Source of the DNA: Tetramitus jugosus
Lineage: Eukaryota > Protista > Heterolobosea
Length of the DNA stretch: 64,000 nucleotides
NCBI GenBank assembly: GCA_937625935.1
Contig: OW569361.1
Location: 62,001-126,000 of the forward strand
Direction: 5' to 3'
Made by a program: the position numbers and the translations under genes. Position 1 is the stretch's first letter; every line of letters starts with the position of its first letter. Below the pieces are notes generated by a model. It made no database searches. It saw nothing but the letters and a program-made list of their open reading frames with translations, and was not told where the DNA came from. This document shows positions 23,221 through 32,500 of this stretch, one piece after another.

Positions 23221-23408
23221 GTCGTGTCCCAAATTTCTTTGTTTTTTGTTGTTCAGGTCCAGAGAGTTCTGGAAATCCGGATCCAGTAAAAAACAACCAG
23301 GAGAATTTTTTTAATACAACCATATACTCTTTTTTAATAACAGCAGGAGTAGAGCGTCAGTTTCTGTTGTTTCTCTTTCGTTGGAACAGGTCGAGTTGTG
23401 AAATTTCG

Positions 23409-23419
23409 AGCGTCGGAGC
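23409..23419. repeat. Target-site duplication, 3'-side copy (AGCGTCGGAGC)
   Basis: Identical to 28693-28703 and abuts the poly(T). It extends to 15/16 identity (23404-23419 TTTCGAGCGTCGGAGC versus 28688-28703 TTTCTAGCGTCGGAGC). Confidence 0.9.
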
Positions 23420-23482
23420 TTTTTTTTTTTTTTTAATACAACCAACTGGTTGCTCTGTTTTATTTTCTGGGTATTTACAATG

Positions 23483-23505
23483 GATAACGCTCGAAGAGCG
23501 TTATC
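23483..23505 (-). promoter_or_regulatory. 3'UTR stem-loop of the retrotransposon
   Basis: Perfect 10-bp inverted repeat GATAACGCTC-TTC-GAGCGTTATC on the element-sense strand, 48 nt before the poly(A). Confidence 0.7.
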
Positions 23506-23548
23506 TCCTCCATTACTTCTTAATTCTAACAATGGTGCCCGTAGGGAG

Positions 23549-26500
23549 TCATTGTTTTGTTGCTTCCTTATAGGAGGTGTACAATTGGTGAAGGGTTTCG
23601 ACGCACCGCCTTTTCACCTTGTTCACAAATGTTCTGGCTCTCTTTTCCGCCATTTCTTTTTTGATTCCGTTCTTCCTCATTCCTCTCATAATTTGATCCA
23701 CTGCTACCTTCTCTACACCCATCATACCTAGGAGGAACTCTTTGCTTGATTTTCGGTTTGGTTGCACTGTCAGCTTACCGCCTTTCCAACAGACGGAGTC
23801 GAACCATAGGTCAATCTGGTGTTTTGGGTGGATTCCCAGACCACTCAGCTCATCACCCACCGACATAGCCAGTCTTCTTCGAGTCAATATGGCCCTCGGA
23901 CAGCGAATGAGACAATGTAGTATAGTCTCTGACTCCTTGTGGCATCTTTCGCACACTGTTGGAGCTTCATTCTTTCCATACAATACCCTCATGACTTCTC
24001 GGGTGTGCAAGGTACCACTCCGCAATTGTGCATAAAACCACTCCAGCTTTCTGTCAATCTTGTGTGGGTACTTTAGAAAACTAAAGTCCACCCCACCGCA
24101 CATAGCTTCAATTTGTAACCACCATAGACCACCAATATCTTTAATCCTGACAAGTCTCTCATGATCCATCCGCAACTGTATTTGCTCTCTGCTCTCGACA
24201 GGGCTTTGACCTATCATCAAAGTTTGCACTACAGAGACTCTTGAGTTAGGCTCTAGCGTCGGAGCACACTCGCATTCATTCATTTGTGACACCATTATTT
24301 TTAACAGCTCATGAGACCTTGGTCCAATCTTGCATCCAGGGAACTTGTTTTTGATCTCTTTTAAACTCATGACCCTCACACCAACCATCAGCTGACTTCT
24401 GTTAGTGATTCCACTCTTGAACAGCTTCTTGAGAATAGTAGTTGGAACATATCGGGCAATGTTACAATCGTCACAATTGCGGTGGATGCTCTCATTATTG
24501 AGTGAAATACCATGAATGTGCATCCTTTGTGCGCACCACTTAAGGTAAGTGTTTTTGACGTACTCGAGGCGGTTGCTTGACTGGAAGACATTCTCACGTT
24601 GGAATGTTTGTGTGTGCTTGATTTCCTCAAGCGTGTCAAGCAGCAACTGCTTCGCCTCCGTGTCCCTCTTACCCGACATCATTGAGCCAATAAACCAGGC
24701 GGTCTGTACTGTTATTGTTTCCTCTATGTCATTGAGACCCACTGATCCACGATCGCTGCTTACCGACAGTAACTCGGAAGGAAACTGTGACATCGCTCTT
24801 GAGCCATGTTTGACCAGCATCCTTCCCAGTCTGTTCACTCTGAGAAGTCCCCCAGCCGTCCAGTCTGTGAATTCGGACGAGTACTTGAAGATAGGGTGTA
24901 TACAAGTGTTAACGACCCTTGCCACCTGTCGCGGAGTCAGTTTCATCATCTTCAGTCGGTTCGCTACTCTTTGTGATTTGTTCCAAGCTTGAGCCACTTG
25001 TTGTTTCGTGTCACCTTTCAGGTTGGTGAAGAGACCCAGTGCTCTGAACCCATGACCACTGTTTCGGGCCCTGACAACTGTACCATCCACCTCTATATCG
25101 TGGGCTCCATCCTCATCAAATTGCCGAACGTAGAGCTCAAGTTTATCGGGGTGCATCGACATGCGAAGCAACGATAGCACCTCTGACATCGCCTTGGCTG
25201 CTCGTTCAATGTCTGCTCGGGATTCAGAGAACAGATTACAATCGTCAACATACGACGCGTTCCACAATTGTTGGGACATCGCCTTGTACCCTTCCATCCG
25301 TTTTTCAACATACATTAACACAGTTTGGTGTACGAGAATGTATGTTGTGGGTGATAGAGAATCACCCTGTCTTGTTCCTTTCCCGATAGGGAAGCTTCTT
25401 GATAAGGACTTCGTCAACACACTTGCGAAATTGTCCTCAACCATACCACTCACCAGCCTCACGATGTTGTCCGGGAACTCAAAAAATTCATAGACAGACC
25501 GGATTGCGTTGTGAGGTACCGAGTCGAAGGCCTTTGATATATCCGTAAGCAACAGAAACAGTTGTTTTTTGTTCCGATTGGCGTGGTCAATGACACCTCT
25601 GATTACAGAAAGCTTTTCTCTAATGTCCCTGAACCTTCTGCCTCCGCCTTGCACGTTTGAGAAGATTCCACCCGTCTCTGCCGCCTTGGAGATTCTGCAG
25701 TTGATTAACTTGGTGTACAGCTTTGATACGGTACTCAACAAACAGATTGGTCTGTAGTTGGCAGGATTAGAAGTGTCTCCCTTCTTGAAAGCTGGGATAA
25801 TTATCCCCTCCTTCCACATTTTGGGAAAAATCCCTTGTCTGGTGATGTTGTTGAAGAAATCAGCAAGGATTTCTGACAGATCATACCTGTAGTCACGCTC
25901 TTTAGTGATGGGGACTTTCAGCATTTCGTTATGTATTTTGTCGACACCGGGACATTTACGGTTTCTCAGCCAACCAATGGCTTTGCTAACTTCCTCTGTA
26001 GTGATTGGAGTGAACGCTTCGTGTATTGTTGCTCTGTGCCCATCACTTTTTAAAGCTCTTAGGTAATCCATGTTGGCAACTTAAGGGGAAAATGCACCTT
26101 CAAAGTACTCCGCGGCCAAATTACCCACTGTGATCTCATCTGTGTACTCTATTCCATTCTTCTTCACTCTAGAAAGTCTTACTCGAGAGCTCTTCTTCGC
26201 GGTTGATGCTGAGAAGAAGGTGGACGGGTCAATGAACTCGGATGTCCTGGCCTTCCATTCCCACTTTCTAAACTTTTGATTGGCTTTGCGTACCCTCTCT
26301 CTGTGCAAGGACTCGCTAGTAAGTTTCAGCGCTTCCCATGCTCTGTCATTGCGAGATCCGACAATTTCCCAACCACACACTGCTTCCAATGCACTGCTCC
26401 ATCTTCGATCTGACAGGTAACGAATCAACGCTTCTCTGTTTTTCAACAACCTCTTGACCTTTCGATTGTTGCTCCACATCTTCACTGTTCTCTCCACTTC

Positions 26501-27379
26501 AAACACTTTAGCATGTTTGATGATAGCGGATGTTATAATTTGACACTGCTCATTTACATCTTCTATTGCAGTTACACTACTCTCCTCTAGCTCCCTGATG
26601 AGCTCCTTACCATAATGGACCCATCTAAGGTCTTTCTTGTCCTTGGGGAACTTAAACATCGTTCCACTATATCCAGTATTTGTGCCAGTTCTGGCTTTTA
26701 TCGTGACTAAAGTAGGTACATGATCGCTATGTACACCATTGGATGTGAACATTTCTACCTTATCAATTGCATCTATTATTGCTTGGTTGCACCATACTGA
26801 ATCTATTCTCGACGACTACTTCCTGCGAAAGAATGTATGGAATCTTTCTACTCCCACTACCTCATTGGTGTCACACAGGTTGTTCTCCTTCAACACTTGC
26901 AGTAGTAATGGCGTGTTCTCGTCTACTCTGTTCGAGGATCGGTCAGTAGCAGCTGTAACGGCATTATGATCACCACCTAAAATGAACTTTCCTTGGACAG
27001 CGTATTTGCTAATCGTTGCTCCAATTGATTTGTAATGTTCACGGTTCTTTTTGTGAGGTCCATAGTGATTAGCTATCGTGATCGACTCATCTACCGTAGA
27101 AACCTTGATTACTTGCAACCTGGATTCACTGTGCATCACCCCATATGATGGCACTGTGGTGGTTCTGACTATTGCTGCCAAGTGTTGATTGGGAAGATCA
27201 CAAACCAGAACACACTTAATTCTCTCTAACTTCCTGCTGAGTACCTTATACCATGCTTCGTCAATGTTAGTTGCCTCCTGTATCAGCAACACATCTATTT
27301 GCTCTGACTCCAAAAAGTCCACGACATCATTGGCTTTGCCCTTGATGCCGTTGATGTTGTACCACATCACTTTCAACAT
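23549..27379 (-). pseudogene. Retrotransposon ORF2 (APE endonuclease - reverse transcriptase - CCHC/zf-RVT), one frame with two in-frame stops
   Basis: EN motifs WYNING, IQEA, GGDHN, HTFFRRK*SSRIDS and HSDHVP. RT motifs KCPGVD, NYRPICLL, DISKAFDSV, GTRQGDSLSP and YVDD. C-terminal CERCx8Hx4C. Track ORFs 27379-26816, 26752-26081 and 26071-23549 share one frame, with TAG at 26818-26816 and TAA at 26083-26081. Confidence 0.92.
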
Positions 27380-28680
27380 AATGGAGATGTGTGGTCCGAC
27401 TGGGGTTGAGATACCTCATTATCGTGTATCACATGGCTTGTCACTGCAAGCGCTACTTCCTTACTGGCTTGAACAATATCAATCATATTGGCCAGCCGAA
27501 CCGGGGTCTTCAACAAAGCTCTTTTTCTTGAGTTTTCTGAGAGGACCGAATTCGGACCTCTCTTTCCACTCTCCTTTATAGGGGTATCTTCGCGAGGCAC
27601 AGTGAACTTGGAGATGAGTGCTTGGCTATCTGATAGGGCGCGCTCCCGTCTCTTCTCTCTTCTCGCTCTCACTAGCATTTTCCTTCTTTCCTCAAGCAGC
27701 TGGCCTTCAGTGTTCTCATTTTCACCCGTAGGTAGTGGATCATTACCGATCGTAGTGCTCTCCACTATCACTTCAACACTTGGCTCTATCTCCGGAGTAG
27801 TGAGTACCATTGGCTCGTCAACATTCATCTCTTCTACCATCTCAGTTGGTTCAACGTCTGTTGTTTGTTCTCCAGCGTCTGTGACATCTATTTCAGAGAT
27901 TGTTTCATCTCCTTGCATTGAAATGTCGTCGTCAATAGGGATAGACACACCGGGTATTTCACCTACTCTTTGGGGTTCTTCTCTCATTGATTTATGTGTT
28001 TTCCCGTTCCTCTTCTTGTTCAAAGCCTTCTTTAGGCTCGCTTCCAGTTGTGCCACTCTTCTCTTTAGCTCTTCCATCTGCTTGTTTAAGGATTCATTGA
28101 TCCTTTGCATCTTCTTGGACATTAGTTTCATTGGATCTTGATTTCTTATGACATATGGGCTAATCTCAGCTCCAATGTGCTTGTCCCCAATAACAGCATG
28201 AGCATACGACTGGGATGTCATTGTGACAAATGCTGTGCTGCCCTTTACTTCTACGTGACGTACTCTGTCCTCCCCAATGAGTTTAGCGATGTCGTCTCTT
28301 GACCTACCGAGAACCTTGTGAACCACAAGTTTTTTCTCCGAGTCAAGACCTCTCTTGATGGATGCATGGGTGTTTGCGATTCTTCTTGACTCATTGAACA
28401 TCTCAGCAAACTCATAGAGTTTATCGTCCTTCACGTTCACCCACGCAATAAACTGGCCTTTCTCCCATCTTCTGACATGTACACGAGTCACCCATTCTTT
28501 GTACCTTGAGCCAATCATTCTTGCAATTGTTGGTGCTGTGTTATGGCACTGTGTACCTTTGATCACGACTTCTTTTTTGTTGATGCTACTACCAATGTTC
28601 TGGACTGTCCATACCGCGTACCCGTCACGCGAGTACTCCCTTGCCCCCGGAGAGGATGGAATGTTTGCGTTTGTTTCCAT
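27373..28680 (-). CDS. Retrotransposon ORF1 (putative RRM-like folds, coiled coil, acidic tail)
   Basis: Intact 435-aa ORF upstream of ORF2 and overlapping it by 7 nt (ATGTTGA). RNP-like KLVVHKV...KGSTAFVTM, heptads MQRINESLNKQMEELKRRVAQLEASL, and no CCHC knuckle. Confidence 0.85.
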   Translation of the reverse strand: METNANIPSSPGAREYSRDGYAVWTVQNIGSSINKKEVVIKGTQCHNTAPTIARMIGSRYKEWVTRVHVRRWEKGQFIAWVNVKDDKLYEFAEMFNESRRIANTHASIKRGLDSEKKLVVHKVLGRSRDDIAKLIGEDRVRHVEVKGSTAFVTMTSQSYAHAVIGDKHIGAEISPYVIRNQDPMKLMSKKMQRINESLNKQMEELKRRVAQLEASLKKALNKKRNGKTHKSMREEPQRVGEIPGVSIPIDDDISMQGDETISEIDVTDAGEQTTDVEPTEMVEEMNVDEPMVLTTPEIEPSVEVIVESTTIGNDPLPTGENENTEGQLLEERRKMLVRARREKRRERALSDSQALISKFTVPREDTPIKESGKRGPNSVLSENSRKRALLKTPVRLANMIDIVQASKEVALAVTSHVIHDNEVSQPQSDHTSPLC

Positions 28681-28692
28681 GGTTTTTTTTCT

Positions 28693-28703
28693 AGCGTCGG
28701 AGC
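28693..28703. repeat. Target-site duplication, 5'-side copy (AGCGTCGGAGC)
   Basis: Identical to 23409-23419. It lies 12 nt upstream of the ORF1 ATG and 40 nt from the tRNA. Confidence 0.9.
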
Positions 28704-28743
28704 AGGATGACGCTAGAATTCACATATTTTAAATGAAAACACA

Positions 28744-28816
28744 GCCTTCCTAGCTCAGTCGGTAGAGCGTTGGGCTTTTAACCCAACGGTCGGGGGTTCG
28801 AGCCCCCCGGAAGGCG
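28744..28816 (+). tRNA. tRNA-Lys (anticodon TTT), intronless, 73 nt
   Basis: Acceptor GCCTTCC/GGAAGGC, D-arm GCTC/GAGC, anticodon arm TTGGG-CT-TTT-AA-CCCAA and T-arm GGGGG-TTCGAGC-CCCCC. No encoded CCA; TTTT run at 28823-28826. Confidence 0.97.
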
Positions 28817-29501
28817 AACACGTTTTGCTCCAATTTGACGAATTTTGCTCAATAGCCCATTACAACACATTTACAATCAATAATCAAAAGAAAGAACCTC
28901 TTGCCACCATATTGCTGAGCATTGCTCTGGCGACATGGTCGACAATCTGTCAGTGTTGGTGTCTCGCTCATTCATCAGAGCAACCAACTTCGAATGCACC
29001 TTCTCATCTTCCTTTAGAGCCCTACACCAGTTGTACTTACCAATGAACCTTTGCCAGGTCTTCAATTCAACGCTCTCCTGCGTCAAAATCAGTTGGATCA
29101 TCAATGATAGATCCATCAAGTGCACTTCTCTGTGGTGTAAACACCCTTGACTTCACCTCCAAAAAAGAGATGATATTCGCTAAACTCTGACTCTTGGTAG
29201 GAACCAGAATGGACTTGGTGACATTGATGGGCAATCCTCGATCTTCGAGAGTGGCACTGACTTGGTTCGAACTTGAGATAATACTTGTTGCTTGTGACCT
29301 AGGAAGGGGAATTGCTTTTTCGCTCTCAAACGTGGTCGCATCTCTGGCTTGATGGTTCAGAACTCAGTTTTCCACAACTCAATCGCCAGCTTGACATTGA
29401 AAGTGCGAAACAACAAAATTTTTGATCTCACACACAACAGAAGCACAAAACCAAAAACAAACAAAAGAAATATCCATATCAAACCAAAAAAAAACGCCGG
29501 A

Positions 29502-32500
29502 ATGACGTCGACACATCAACAACCCAGACTGTCCTTTATGCTAAGGACACAACTGGGCAAAGAAAATGCCTACGAGTCAACCAACAAGCACTACATCCAA
29601 CTGTTTGACAAGATTGAACAAAAGAGACAGAGACTACAGGAGGAACAATTGGCTATTCATTCTCTCACTTGGCACTTTATCAAGCAAAGAATCTCAATCA
29701 AGCAAGAAAATGCAGTCATTGAACTGAACAATGGACGTGCCTATCTCAATGCACTGATTCAATCAGTGAGAGAATTGGGTGGTGGTATCGAAGAGAGAGA
29801 CGTACCAGTCGTTGCACGTCAATTCTACATTGCATGCACCAAGGATCAAGTCAAAAGAAAGCAATTGAGTGTTCAGAGAGTCACTGATGATCTCAGCAAG
29901 TTGTTCAACAGTAGAAAAATGAACAAGGTGAGTGTGCAGAAAGCTACGGAACATGCAAACAAGTTGGTTGCATGGGTTGATGAACATTCTACACCAGAAG
30001 GCAGAGCAATGAAGGACACTGTGGACGATGAGGACGAAAGTGGCTTCAACAATGAAAATATTGTGTTTTCAGAGGAGAGTTTTGCCAGTGAATACGGTGG
30101 AAATATTGTCATGAATCGATTGAAACCATTTTCCTATCGTGGTCTCAAGCGAAAAGCAGAGTTTTTGTACGCAAAATCAGTAGATGTTTTGTTGAGCCAA
30201 CATGCTGAAAAACAAAGGCAAAAACAGGATCAAGAGTTGAATGATGAGAAACGAACGAGTGAAGAATCATCTGCATCAAATGCCATCAATATTGGATGGT
30301 TGAAATCCGAGCTACAAAAGCTCTATGGCGGAAATGAACTGACAAATAACATTTTGGACATTTTGGACAAGAGTTCAAATGAATTTGAGATGCAGAGTCA
30401 ATTGTTTGAGGCTCTGGGAGAGAAGGGTATTTCATTGATGGAGCAATTGATCACGAATCGAAACTATTTGATCAAGGAGTATTACAACATGAAGTTGATG
30501 CAATCGGGACCAAGAACAAAGCGCACAGCACTCGATACTGCCATCTTCCAAACTCAATCCGAAAAGGAGCTGGAGAAGAAGATGAGAAAGGCATCGAGAA
30601 AGATTGGCAGACAAAAGAATACCAGAGATCAGTACGATGACACAGAGGACAAGATTAAGTGGCTAGAAGCTATCATCTTTCAAAAGAAGAAGATTTCGAG
30701 AGATGTACACAGTGGCGACAAGGCACGTGTTCTTCGGCTGACTGAAGATGATGTCTATGAAGAGAGGCGAGTCTCCGATCCTCTGCAACAACTCAAGAGA
30801 GTTGAATTCAAGGGATATGAGGAAGTGCATGTTCCACCTGCTTCATTGCCCAAGCACGATTTAAGACTCATTCCAGTGACAGAGTTCACCCCCATTGGAC
30901 AAAAAGCATTCAAGGGATTCCAGAATTTGAATCGTGTCCAATCTCATGTATTTCACACAGCATATAAGACAAACGAGAATATGCTTGTCTGTGCTCCAAC
31001 AGGTTGCGGTAAGACTAATATAGCCATGATGACCATGCTTCATGAAATTGAAAAACATTTCAGAGATGGTCTACTGAGAAGAGAAGAATTTAAAATGATT
31101 TACATTGCACCAATGAAGGCTCTGGCACAAGAAATGGTGGAGAGTTTCTCCAAACGTCTTGCGCCCCTTGGTGTTGTTGTACAAGAAATGACGGGAGACA
31201 TGCAGTTATCCAAGCGAGAAGTGCAAAGAACTCAGCTCATTGTCACTACACCCGAAAAGTGGGATGTTGTGACCAGAAAGGCGAGCGATCTATCGCTCAT
31301 TCAATTGGTTCGTCTCATTGTGATTGATGAGGTGCATTTGTTGAATGAAGATCGAGGTCCTGTAATCGAAACTATTGTTGCAAGAACCTTGAGACAAGTC
31401 GAGACAACACAGAGTATGATCAGAATTGTTGGTCTTTCTGCTACTCTACCTAATTATGAGGATGTTGCCGAATTTTTAAGAGTTAATCCACTGGTGGGAT
31501 TATACCACTTTGATAATTCGTTCCGTCCTGTACCACTTGCACAACAATTTATTGGAGTGACCAAAACAAACATGTTGGACAAGCTAAAATTGTACAATGA
31601 GATCTGTTATAAGAAGGTCGAAGAGTCCCTTGAGAATGGATATCAGGCAATGGTGTTCGTGCACTCAAGAAAAGAGACGGCAACCACAGCACGTGCTCTT
31701 TTTGAGACAGCTGTTACAGAAGGCATGACTCACCTCTTTGTGCCACAGGAAATGGAATCCTGGGCAGTCAAGGGAATTAAGAGCTCTACGAACAAAGAAT
31801 TGAAGGAATTGCTTGGCTTAGGATTTGGTATTCACAATGCTGGTATGCTTCGATCTGATAGAAATCTTGTTGAGAAGATGTTCAGTGCTGGATATCTCAG
31901 AGTTCTTGTTTGTACTGCTACCTTGGCCTGGGGTGTCAATTTACCTGCACACACTGTAGTTATTAAGGGAACCGAAGTGTACAATGCAAAGAAGGGTCAA
32001 ATGACTGAATTAGGAATGTTGGATGTCATGCAAATTTTCGGAAGAGCTGGCCGTCCACAGTTTGACACTTCTGGTGAAGGTATTATTATTACCACCCACC
32101 AACAATTACCAAGATATTTGGCACTATTGAACCATGCACTCCCAATTGAGAGTCAACTCAAATCCGAGTTGGCCAATCACTTGAATGCAGAAATTGTTCT
32201 TGGTACTGTATCAAATATTAGAGAGGCCACGCAGTGGCTGAAGTACACATATCTCTATTTGAGAATGTTGAAGAATCCAATGGCCTATGGTATTGATTCT
32301 GACTTGATGCGATTTGATAGACATTTGCATTCTGAAAGAGAAGAGTTGATTAAGTTAGCCGCAAAGCTCCTGGGTGAATCCAAAATGGCCATGTACGATG
32401 AGGCATCGGGATCATTGACGGCTACTGATCTCGGCAGAGTTGCATCTCATTACTATATTCATTATGAAACGATCCAAAATATTAATCGTTTGATTAACCC

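Larger units (their letters stand above)
23420..28692 (-). mobile_element. APE-type non-LTR retrotransposon (L1/Tx1/TRE-like architecture), apparently full length, 5273 bp
   Basis: ORF1 plus EN-RT-CCHC ORF2, a 114-nt 3'UTR with AATAAA (23464-23459), an A15 tail (23420-23434) and an 11-bp TSD on both sides. Confidence 0.95.

Noticed and set aside
27488-28141. 217-aa antisense ORF inside retrotransposon ORF1 (possible ORF0-like)
   Set aside because: Ser/Ile-rich shadow of the Glu/Asp/Thr-rich ORF1 frame, with a non-ATG start and no motifs.
29251-29273. A-box/B-box-like string GTGGCACTGACTTGGTTCGAACTT as a second Pol III gene
   Set aside because: The boxes abut with no spacing, and no cloverleaf can be folded.
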